From: Squalus acanthias
Lineage: Eukaryota
Assembly: GCA_030390025.1 (NCBI GenBank)
Contig: CM059431.1
Span: 130,202,001-130,266,000 of the forward strand
Length of the DNA stretch: 64,000 bases
Reading direction: 5' to 3'
In this document: in pieces, positions 51,975-63,128 of the stretch
Layout of the letters: the number at the start of each line of letters is the position of its first letter
How positions within the stretch are numbered: the first letter of the stretch is position 1
Translations under genes and position numbers: made by a program
Notes under the pieces: generated by a model
Seen by the model: only the letters and a program-made list of their open reading frames with translations
What the model was told of the DNA's origin: nothing
The model's database searches: none

Positions 51975-53586
51975 AATGAAATTGAACATTGACAAAACCT
52001 GTCAGTTCAACAATACTGCTGTTTGGATTTTGGGATAATTTTGAAATAACAAAATGGACTCGGGCACTATATATTGAGTTACTTTTGGGAAAATAAAAGA
52101 TCCTCTAAAATAATGATAATAAAAAAGTGTTAATAACTTGGGCCTAGTGAGAATGTTTGATCTATGTTTTCAATCTTAAATATTGTACTGGACAGTAAAG
52201 TTCCTCCAGATGCTCATGACTTGACAGTTGATCCACACAGATGGCGAAGTACTCATTGCTGGCACAGAGTTGGGCTAATTGCCCACCAACTGCCCAGCAA
52301 TTATGGACGGAAATGTCATGGTTAGTGAAAGCAGGCGCATGAGCCTGTTTCAGTGCAAAAGGAACCACCTTTCCATTCTTTTGCAGGTTATTTGTGATGA
52401 TTAATGAAGCTGCGTTAATGGTGAAAATAATAAGAGTTAGCATCCAGCCAGAATCATCTCCTTAATAGTTGGCAACCATGGTTAAAGAATATTGTATGGC
52501 TGTAAATCCCCTTTGGACATGGTTCAGCAATAGCTAAAATGCTTTAAGGAGTGTATTTTTTTAATTTATCAGAAGTTTTTCATTTCAAACAGGCAGTAAT
52601 ATAATCTGATATCGTGAATAAATATGGTACAATTTACTGTAATACAGTTTAATTAATGAAGAGAAAAAATCTAATATCAATATGCATTCCCCCCCCACCC
52701 CCATTATATGTAAAAGCACCCTCCTTTCTCCTCTGTTGCCTTATTCTGTAACTTTATTCCCCTGTGTAACAGTTATTGTATCCCATTGAACAATTAACTG
52801 TAAAAGCCTGATGCTGATTCCCACATATCTGTCAAGAGGAAACTCGGCGCTTCCACTAATTGGAGCACCAGGCCCACGCGATCCCAGGTACTCTTGCACA
52901 CACGCTGCGCACCTGGGATCCGTGGCCCATTACGCTGCCCTCGAGTACGCAGCGTCAGAGAGCAAGTTCGTGAAGGAGGGTCCCCATCAGGTATTCTACT
53001 CAGATGCCGGTCCGTATGTACGCCGCTGACCGCAAAACCTGCCCCAGTATTTCTAAATTTCAATGACACTGCTTAAAAGGTGGCATAAAAGAATGATCAA
53101 GACGCCACCAACCACTTCTACAGGCCCTGATATAGCTGCCTGGCATTGACTGTGGGGAGCTGGTCTGGGTCACCAGAGAGGCAGAGGCAGTGCTGTGCCA
53201 TCTATTGTAAGAACCTGCATCTACCATGCAACCTGGTGCTTACAACCATCTTGAGAAGAATTGCCTCAATTTTAACAGCCATCAAACAGCGGTTTGGGTG
53301 CTGGGCATCTTCGTCACTTACCTGCATGCTCATGTCTGCTCTTTGTGTCTCCTTTTCCTTCCTATTTTCTTGCATCTTATTAGTCCCCTGTCCCGGCAAA
53401 GGCTGCCATTGTGTTGAGATGCCTTTGAGGCTCTCCAAAGGCATTCAAAAATGTTGTCCCCCTATTGTGACACCCCTTTAAATTTGACTTGCATGCCGGA
53501 ATACAATCCAGCCATCATTCAGTGCCTCCTTACTGAGTATGAAGCAGATTAGAAATGGAACAGAGTAGGGCTCAAACCTGTTTAAG

Positions 53587-56500
53587 ATAGAGTCATAACG
53601 GCACAGAAGGAGGCCATTCGGCCCATCGAGATCATACCGGCTCTCTGTGGAGCGATCCAGTCAGTCCCATTCCCCCGCTCTATCCCTGTAGCCCTGCAAG
53701 TTTATTTCCCTCAAGTGCCTATCCAGTCTCCCCTTGAAAACATTGAGTGTCTCCGCTTCCACCACTTCCGTCGGCAGCGAGTTCCAGGTCCTCACCACTC
53801 GCTGCGTAAAAAGGTTTTTCCTCACGTCCTCCCTGTATCTCTTGCCCAAAACCTTAAATCTGTGTCCCCTAGTCCTTGTACCATCAACTAGTGGGAACAG
53901 CCTTTCCCCGTCTAGCCTATCCAAACCCGTCATAATCTTGTACATCTCTATCAAATCACCCCTCAACCTCCTTTGCTCTAATGAAAACAAATCCAGATTC
54001 TCCAACCTGTCCTTGTAGCTAAGATTCCCCATCCCCGGAACCATTCTGGTAAATCTCCTCTGCACCCTCTCAAAGGTCTTTACATCCTTCCTAAAGTGTG
54101 GTGACCAGAACTGGATGCAATACTCCAGTTGTGGCCTAACCAGCGCTTTATAAACGTTCAGCATAACTTCTCTACTTTTGTACTCAATACCTCTATTTAT
54201 GAAGCCCAAGATCCCATATGCTTTGCTAACCACTCTCTCAATATATCCTGCCACCTTCAGGGACCTATGCACATTAACTCCCAGGTCCCTCTGTCCCTGC
54301 ACACTCTTTAAAACTGTGCCATTAGGTGTATATTGCCTGTCCCTGTTCCTTCTACCAAAATGCATCACCTCACACTTCTCTGTATTAAATTCCATCTGCC
54401 ACTTGTCTGCCCATTCTGCTAGCCTTTCTATGTCCTGCTACAATCGATTGGTATCATCCTCACTGTTTGCCATACCCCCAAGTTTGGTGTCATCGGCAAA
54501 TTTAGAAATTCTACTCTGTATTCCAATATCCAGGTCATTTATATATATCACAAAAAGCAGTGGCCCCAGCACTGACCCTTGGGGAACACCACTGTCTACC
54601 ATCCTCCAGTCTGAAAAAAAGCCATTTACCACAACTCGCTGTTTTCTATCCTTAAGCCAATTCCTTATCCACGCTGCCACTGACCCACCTATTCTATGAC
54701 CCTCAATTTTGTTAACCAGCCTTCTATGTGATACTTTGTCAAACGCCTTCCTAAAATCCACGGAGACAACATCCATTGCATTCCCTTCATCAATCCTCCC
54801 TGTTACTTCATCAAAAAATTCAATTAGATTAGTCAAACACGATCTGCCTTTTACAAATCCATGTTGACTCTACTTAATTAGCTTAAACCTCCCCATGTGC
54901 CTGTTAATTTTTTCCTTGATTATTGTTTCTAAAACTTTACCCACCACTGATGTTAAACTGACCGGCCTGTAGTTACTAGGATTGTCCTTACACCCTTTCT
55001 TGAACAATGGTGTCACATTTGCCTCTTTCCAATCCTCAGGCAACTCCCCCTCATTTAGGGAAGATTCGAAAATTATGGCAAGCCCTTCCACTATCTCCTC
55101 CCCCAATTCCCTTAGCAACCTGGGATGCAAGCCATCTGGACCAGGCGATTTATCCACTCTAAGCATACCCAGCCTTTCTAGTACATCCTGTCTAACAATT
55201 TTCACCCCTTCCATTGCTTCTACCTTTTCCACTTCTACCGATATTTGTCAGCATCCACCTCCTTAGTAAACACCGATACAAAGTACTCATTGAGTATTCT
55301 AGCCTTGTCCTCCGCCTCTAAGCATATATCACCTTCTTTGTCCCGAATAGGCCCCACCCCGCCTCTTACTACCCGCTAACTGTTTACATGCTGGTAGAAG
55401 AGTTTTGGTTCCCTTTTATGTTAACCGCCATTCTACTCTCATATTCTCTCTTTGCCAATCTTATTTTCATCTTCACTTCCCCTCTGAACTTACTGTATTT
55501 GGTCTGGTTCTCCCTTGAAGAATTCACCTGACATGCATCATACACCCTCTTTTATTGTTTCATCATCTTCTCTATCTCCCTTGTCATCCAAGGAGCCCTT
55601 GCTTTGGTTCCCTTACCCTTCCCTCTTGTTGGAATCTACCTAGCCTGTACTTGGAACATCTTCTCCTTAAAGATCACCCATTGTTCCGTTACAGGTTTTC
55701 CTGTCAGTATTTGGTTCCATTTTACCCTGGCTAGATCCTTTTGCATTCCATTGAAGTTAGCCCTATTCCAGTTTAGAAGTTCCACTCTAGATTGTTCCTT
55801 GGTCCTTTCCATTGCTAATCTAAATCTTATGATACGATGATCACTCGTACCCAAGTGTTCTCCCACAGACACTTGGTCGACCTGGCCCACATCATTCCCC
55901 AGCACCAGATCCAGCAATGCCTCCTTCCTAGTTGGGCCAAGAACATACTGGTCAAGGAAATTCTCCTGAACACATTTCAGAAATTCCTCTCCCTCCTTTC
56001 CCATTAGCCTAGCATTATCCCAATCGATATTTGGGTAATTAAAGTCCCCCAATATCACCACTCTATAGCTCTTGCATATCTCAGCAATTTCCCTCCCTCT
56101 CACTATTTGGAGACGTATAGAATATCCCCAATAGTGTGATCATACCTGTTTTGCTCCTCAACTCTAACCAAATGGATTCTGTCCTTGTCCCCTCAAGAAC
56201 ATCCTCCCTTTCCAACACTACAATGTCTTCCTTCATCAGCACTGCAACCCCACCTCCCTTTTTTCCTTCCCTATCTTTTCTGAACACCTTGTACCCTTGA
56301 ATATTAAGTGCCCAGTCCACACCGCTTTTAAGCCACATTTCCGTCATTGCCACAACATCATATTGCCTTACAGCTAATTGTGCTTGTAGCTCACCAACCT
56401 TATTCACCACACTTTGTGCGTTTACGTATATGCATTCTAAACCCATTTTTGAATTTTTCATGGTCTTTCTTAGTCTGCTCCTCTCTAATATGGTACTACT

Positions 56501-56855
56501 TCCGCCTCTAATACTACTTTCTTCTCTAGTACTATCCAGCACACTCACTCTTTTATGCACCTTATTCCTCCTTTCTACTCCTATATGCTGGTGCCCATCC
56601 CCCTGCCAAGCTAGTTTAAACCCTCCCCAACTGCACTAGCAAACCTCCCTGCGAGAATATTGGTCCCGGCTCCGTTGAGGTGTAAACCATCCGGCTTGTA
56701 CAGGTCCCACCTTCCCCAGAAATGGTCCCAATGCCTCAGAAATCTAAAGCCCTCCCTCCTGCACCATCTCTCCAGCCGCAAAATCATCTGTTCTATCCTC
56801 CTGTTCCTGTACTCACTAGCATGTGGCACCGCGAGTAATCCGGAGATTACTACCT
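53587..56855 (-). mobile_element. CR1 family A copy 2, including the ORF1 esterase C-terminus
   Basis: Reverse complement of 2151-5580 without the SINE. The ORF1 end KVVISGLL...DGLHLN is an SGNH esterase-like motif. Confidence 0.95.
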
Positions 56856-57949
56856 TGTCCCTGCTCTGTGGCACTGAACATTTACTTGCTAATGTTCAGA
56901 GCCACGTCACACTCAATTGGCCTGTGGCAATATATTGAAGAAATCATTTCAGTATCCCTGAAATAAAGGATGTCACTGCCATATGGAGAAACATTGAAAT
57001 ACATCCCTTATGGCTCAACTGTAAAGCAAAAGCCACTGCATCCTTTCAAAACAAAAACTAAATTTGACCCTTGATTGCTGAGGGCAAGGTTTCATCATTT
57101 CAAGAGGAATAAATATTTAAAAATAAACTACTGGCTTCTGCGCTCACGCAGCAGTTTAGATTTTAGTCCCTGACTACTGCACTAGCTTTTAAACCAGAAA
57201 GTTGTGAGCTGGTTGCATTTAATGTTATTGCCTGTGTGAGCTGTAAGCCGTTATTAAAAACCTGCAGGACATGTTTGTACAACTGAAGAAACTTCCATGA
57301 AGAAATTGTTGAGTCATGTTCATTTTTTAAAATACACTGTTAATCAAGAGCAGTCTGTTTGTTGCATAAATTTGATGTGAAAACGTATTTTTTGTAGACT
57401 ACTCTACTTTGTATTTTTGAGAGTTTTCAACAAAATAAGAAGGCCCTTGCTCCATCCACACAGCTACACCTACAGCTATAGAACTATAGAATCATAGAAT
57501 GATACAGAACAGAAGGAGGTCATTCTGCCTGTGCTGGCTCTTTGGTAGAGCCATCCAACTAGTCATCCAATTAATGGCAGAGACTCAGTGAGGTGACATT
57601 CACATATATCAGTGATTTTTATCTTCAAGTGGATTACCAGGATTTACAATATCAGGTATACATTGTATAGAGTTCTTACTCAGAGTCAAAATTTTCCTCA
57701 TCACAAGTTTATCTTGCTCATATTAAATATCTGTGAATTATTAAATTAGTCCTGTAATGAAGCTGATAGAATTAAAAGGCCCTTGCTGTCTGAGTGTTTT
57801 GTAGAATATTTCACCATTTTTTCACCCATCAAATAAGTGTTACCATCAATGCCTCTTTCAAAAATCAAACTGTTAATCCTTTTAACTGTACTCTACTTCC
57901 TTTTCATTATTTTCCTCGTCATTTTCCCCCATTCCTCCACTTTTGAATG

Positions 57950-58350
57950 ATCTGACTCCTTGATGGGGTACAGTTGCATAGACACCGGTCATTCTCAGTA
58001 CCTCACCCAACTGGAAACGATTCATGTACGGGTCTTGATAGTAAGTGTTAGCAAGCTATCCAACTGTCAGGTTGGGGGTGGCTGGCCAACAGTAAATTGC
58101 AGCCAAGTCCAGTTCTGTCCTCAACAAATATCCACATCTTTGCACTTCTAGTAGGGGTAGCGATCAGTAGCAGGAACTTTGGCCAATTTCCATCTCCCTG
58201 AAGCCTGGAACAATGAAGCCAATTGGTTTTTGCCTACCAATGTTCCAGTTGAGATCTACTCAACATAGTATAAGTATTGAGCCTGGGACCTTCCTGGTTT
58301 ATATGGCTTAGCTACTCACTGGAAAAACCCATTCAGCCATTATGGGAGCT
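57950..58350 (-). mobile_element. Old tRNA-derived SINE
   Basis: Degenerate tRNA-like head on the minus strand, with patchy similarity to 6235-7400. Confidence 0.5.
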
Positions 58351-58417
58351 TTTTGTTTATATAGGTTTCATTTTTTTGAATACTTTTGTTAAAAGTGAAG
58401 GTTGTGATGACATTATT

Positions 58418-58592
58418 GACAAAAGTGAGAAGTCGCACAACACCAGGTTATAGTCCAACAGTTTTATTTGAAATCACAAGCTTTCGGAGCTCCGAAAGCT
58501 TGTGATTTCAAATAAAACTGTTGGACTATAACCTGGTGTTGTGCGACTTCTCACTTTTGTCCACCCCAGTCCAACACCGGCATCTCCGCATC
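58418..58592. mobile_element. Palindromic insertion, probably a Penelope terminus, with an 11-bp TSD
   Basis: Perfect 144-bp palindrome 58418-58561 plus a 31-bp tail. Direct repeat atgacattatt at 58407-58417 and 58593-58603. Confidence 0.85.
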
Positions 58593-58772
58593 ATGACATT
58601 ATTGAGGTCACCTCTTTGGAGGACTATTGAACTGACAGTAAAGTAACTGAAATGCATTCATTAACGCATGCTGTTAATGATGTTCTTAAAGATAAATGTT
58701 AATTCGCACTCTTCCCCAGTTAAGGCATCCTATTTGACCCTGTGCTGAGCTTCCGACCCCATATTACCCCTG

Positions 58773-61325
58773 TGTAATGAGAAAGGGCTAATCAATAATC
58801 TTGTGGTAAAGGGGCCTTTAGGGACAAGTGACCATAATATGATTGAATTTTACATTAAGTTTGAGAGTGATGTAGTCCAATCTGAAACTAAGGTCTTCAA
58901 TCTAAACAGAGGAAACTACAAGGGTATGAGGGACAAGTTGGCCATGGTAGATTGGGAAACTACACTAAAAGGTATGAAGGTGGACATACAATGGCTAACA
59001 TTCAAGGAAATAATGCATAATTTGCAACAAACATATATTCCTCTAGGGCATAAAAACCCAAAAGGAAACGTGATCCAACCATGGCTAACAAAAGAAATTA
59101 AAGCTAGTATTAAGTCAAAAGAGGAAGCTTATAAAGTTGCCAGAAAAAGCGATCAGCCTGAGGATTGGGATCTTTTTAGAAATCAGCAAAGGGGGAGCAA
59201 GAAATTGATAAAGAAAGGGAAAATGGAATATGAGCACAAACTAGCGAAAAATATTGACATGAATCTTGTCATTCATGTATGAAGTAATACTGGGCGGCCT
59301 GCTGGTCCAGGGAGAGTATAAATACGCGGGCATGGGCCCAGCTTGCTTAGGACATTCCTCAACAGGAACCAGTGAAGGATACAACTAGATCTCCATGTTG
59401 AAAAACAGTTGATTAAAGCTTTGTTTAACGGTTAGACCAAGTGCCTAGTAGCTTTCTTACGTCAAATATAAAAACGGATTGTAAAAGCTTCTATAGGTAT
59501 GTGAAAAGGAAAAGACTGGCGAAGGTAAAGGTAGGTCCTTTACAGTCAGAGACAGGAGAATTTATAATGGGGAATGAGGAAATGGCTGAGAAATTAAATA
59601 AATACTTTGTTTCTGTCTTCACGGAGGAAGACACAAAAAACCTCCCAGAAGTACGAGAAAACCATGGGTGCGGCGAGAATGAGGAACTTAAAGAAATTAT
59701 TATTAGTAAAAAAACAGTACTAGCAAAATAAATGGACGAAAAGTCGATAAATCCCAAGGACCGGATGACCTACATCCTAGGGTTTTGAAAGAGGTGGCCA
59801 TTGGGATAGTGGACGCATTGGTTGTTATCTTCCAAAATTCTATAGATTCTGGAATGGTTCCTGCAGATTGGAGGATAGCAAATGTTACCCCGCTATTTAA
59901 GAAAGGAGGGAGACAGAAAACGGGGTACTACAGACCTGTTAGCCTCACATCAGTAGTTGGGAAAATGCTGGAATCTATTATAAAGGATGCAATAACTGGG
60001 CACTTAGAAACCAATAGTAAGATTGGGCAGAGTCAACATGGATTTATGAATGGGAAATCCTGTTTGACAAACCTATTGGAGTTCTTTGTTGATGTAAGTA
60101 GTGGAGTAGACAAACGGGAACCGGTAGATGTGGTGTATCTGGATTTTCAGAAGGCCTTCAATAAGGTCCCACACAAGAGGTCGGTGAACAAAATTAGGGC
60201 ACATGGAATTGGGGGTTATATACTAGCATGGATTGAGAATTGGTTAACAGACAGAAAACAAAGAGTAGGGATAAACGGATCTTTTTCAGGATGGCAGGCT
60301 GTGACTAGTGGGGTACCGCAAGGATTGGTGCTTGGGCCCCGGCTATTCACAATCTATATCAATGATTTGGATGAGGGGACTAAATGTAATATTTCCAAAT
60401 TTGCTGATGATACAAAGCTAGGTGGCAGTGGCAGTTGTGAAGAGGCTTCAAGGGGATCTCGACAGGCTCAGTGAGTGGCCGAGAACATGGCAGATGGAAT
60501 ATAATGTGGATAAATGTGAAGTTATCCACTTTGGTAGAAAAAACAGAAAGGCAGAGTATTTCCTAAATGGTGAAAGATTGGGGAATTCAGATGCTCAAAG
60601 GGACCTGGGTGTCCTTGTACATGAGTCACTGAAAGTGAATGTGCAGGTGCAGCAAGCCATTAGGAAGGCAAATGGTATGCTGGCCTTCATTACAAGAGGA
60701 TTTGAGTACAGGAGTAAAGAAGTCTTACTCTAATTATATAGGGCCTTGGTGAGACCACACCTGGAGTACTGTGTACAATTTTGGTCTCCTTACCTAAGGA
60801 AGGATATACTTGCCATAGAGGGAGTGCAACGAAGGTTCGCGAGATTGATTCCTGGGATGGCGGGACTGGCATATGAGAAGAGATTGAGTAAACTAGGCCT
60901 GTATTCTCTTGAATTCAGAAGAATGAGAGGGGATCTCATTGAAGCATACAAAATTATTACAGGGCTTGATAGGATGGATGCTGGGAGAATGTTTCCCTTA
61001 GCTGGGGAATCTAGAACCAGGGTCCACAGCCTCAGGATAAAGGGTAGGCCATTCAGGACTGAGATGCGAAGACATTTCTTCACACAGAGGGTGGTGAATC
61101 TTTGGAATTCTCTACCCCAGAGGGCTGTGGAGGCTCAGTCATTGGGTATATTCAAAACAGAAGTCGATAGATTTCTGACTAGTAAAGGCATCAAGGGATA
61201 TGGCGATAGGGCCGGTGAATGGAGTTGAGGCAGAAGATCAGCCATGATCTCATTGAATGGCGGAGCAGGCTCGAAGGGCCGAATGGCCTACTCCTGCTCC
61301 TATTACTTATGTTCTTATATGTTCT
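58773..61325 (+). mobile_element. CR1 family B copy 2, interrupted by a 210-bp LTR-like insert
   Basis: LGTSDH endonuclease end, linker, RT and 3' UTR. Colinear with 8495-10521. Confidence 0.95.
59255..59464 (+). mobile_element. Small solo LTR (210 bp)
   Basis: tgaca...cgtca ends, exact 5-bp TSD aatat, tataaa at 59317 and attaaa at 59412. Absent from the sister CR1 copy. Confidence 0.8.
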
Positions 61326-61344
61326 CCATCACCAATACCACCTA

Positions 61345-61802
61345 ATCCACTTCTATAGCTTCCCCCCTCTCTGCCCTGCCTCAGCTTATCTGCTGCTGAA
61401 ACCCTCATCTATGCCTTTGTTACCTCTAGACTCGACTATTCCAATGCTCTCTTGGCCAACTTTCCACCTTGCACCTTCCGTAAACTTGAGCTCATCCAAA
61501 ACTCTGCTACCCATATCCTAACTCGCACCCTGATTTCCATCTCTCCACCATTGGTGGCCGTGTCTTCAACTGCCTAGGCCCTAGGCTCTGGAACTCCCTC
61601 CCCAAAGTTCTCCATGTCTCTACCTCTCTTTCCTCCTTTAGATGCTGATTAGAATCTACTTCCTTGACCAAACTTTTGCTCACCTCTCCTAATATTTCCT
61701 TATGTGACTCAGTGTCAAATTTTGTTTAATAACGCTCTTGTGAAGCGCCTTGGGACGTTTTACTATATTAAATGCGCTATATAAATACAAGTTGTTGTTG
61801 TT
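61345..61802 (+). mobile_element. L2 3' fragment
   Basis: AFVTSRLDYSNALLA and an L2 tail with gttgttgtt. A small upstream piece at about 58715-58772 suggests the CR1 inserted into this L2. Confidence 0.85.
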
Positions 61803-61934
61803 ACCCACAGTAAATTAACTAACAAATAGAAATTAAAATAAGAGAACGTAAAGTATATATTAAATTTAATATAATTAGTTTGAATGCTTTAACTTTCAAA
61901 GGTGTTTTGAAGGTGATAGTTACATTAGAAAATA

Positions 61935-62221
61935 AGAACATAAGATAAAGGAGCAGAAGTAGGCCATATAACCCTTTGAGTCTGCTCTGCCATTCAGTAA
62001 GATCATGGCTGTCCTACATTAACTCTACTTTCCTGACTTATCCCCATATCCCTGGATTCCCTTAGTGTCCAAAAATCTATCGATCTCTGTCTTGAATATA
62101 ATCAACGACTGAGCATCCACAGCCCTCTGGGGTAGAGAATTCCAAAGATTCACAACACTTTGAGTGAAAAAATGTCTTCTCATCTCAGTCCTAAATGGCC
62201 AACCCATTATCCTGAGACTAT
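61935..62221 (-). mobile_element. CR1 3' fragment
   Basis: FRTEMRRHFFTQ..LWNSLP and a 3' UTR. Confidence 0.88.
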
Positions 62222-62534
62222 GGCCTGGAAATTGGGCCACATACCACCACCCGTTTGCGCCGCTGTCCTGGTGAAACATGGCAGCCACCACTCAAGCGCC
62301 CTTCTCTGGATCAGGACTCGGCAGCCGCCATTTTGGTGAGCGCCTTAGCGCTGCCAATAGCAGTGCGGACCCTGGACATGTAAATGAAGAGAGTGAGACA
62401 TCAAGGCTGACTTAACATCATCTCAGTGAACTTCGACCTTAGCGCTGAGTTCAGCGCTGGGTCCTAAGCTTGCTCTGAAAACCGAGTGTTCAGCAGACTG
62501 CCTGAGATGCTGTCAGCACCTCTTAAAGGGACAC

Positions 62535-62829
62535 ACATAGAAACATAGAAACATAGAAACATAGAATCTAGGAGCAGGAGTAGGCCATTCGGCCCGTCGA
62601 GCCTGCAACACCATTCAATACGATCATGGCTGATCATTCAAATCCAGTACCCTGTCCCTGCTTTAATCCCCACAGTACACATATCCCACCCGACCCCCGT
62701 AACCCCACGTATTTAATTCCCCCTAACATATCCCATCCTATCCCCATAACCCCACATATTTAATCCCCCCCTAACACTAAGGGTCAATTTATCATAGCCA
62801 AATCAACCTAACCCGCACATTTTTGGACA
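62535..62829 (-). mobile_element. HE1-like V-SINE, 5'-truncated, with a CR1-derived tail
   Basis: (catagaaa)n tail, CR1 3' UTR, and V-domain-like caatttatcatagccaaatcaacctaacccgcacatttttggac. Confidence 0.7.
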
Positions 62830-62984
62830 TCTTTCAGGTAAGTTTGCATTTAAGTTTTTGGACTGGATTTTTTTATTTTATTGAAGTAGTGGCTTGGTGC
62901 AATACATGTTAAAAGTTTTTATATGTGCAGCGAGTGCTGCTGGATGCTTGCAAGAGCTGGGATGGTAAAGAAAGACCTCTGAGA

Positions 62985-63128
62985 AGACAGAAAATGCTGG
63001 AAATACTCAGCAGGTCAGGAAGCATCCATGGAGCGAGAAACAGAGGTTACATCTCAGGGCGAGATGCTGCCAGACCTGCTGAGTATTTCCAGCATTTTAT
63101 GCTTTTAGTTCAGATTTACAGCATCCGC
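62985..63128. mobile_element. Short fold-back Penelope terminus derivative
   Basis: aaaatgctggaaatactcagcaggtc...gacctgctgagtatttccagcatttt inverted repeat, the same sequence as the 42308 and 44628 termini. Confidence 0.8.

Noticed and set aside
52162..52443. Minus-strand ORF containing GGQLAQLCASNE, reminiscent of GPC5 exon 5 GGLADQLCVND
   Set aside because: The match is short and gapped, on the wrong strand, with no CWNG and no fitting splice sites. Probably chance.
52805..53512. GC-rich patches with one TIR-like end (also about 10520-10960, 13100-13540, 29290-29740 and 44947-45245)
   Set aside because: Probably decayed Harbinger MITE fragments, but I could not pair the TIRs or find TSDs, so they are not listed as features.
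58418..58561. CRISPR repeat or miRNA gene
   Set aside because: It is a single palindrome with a TSD and no spacers. A perfect loop-less stem is unlike a pre-miRNA.
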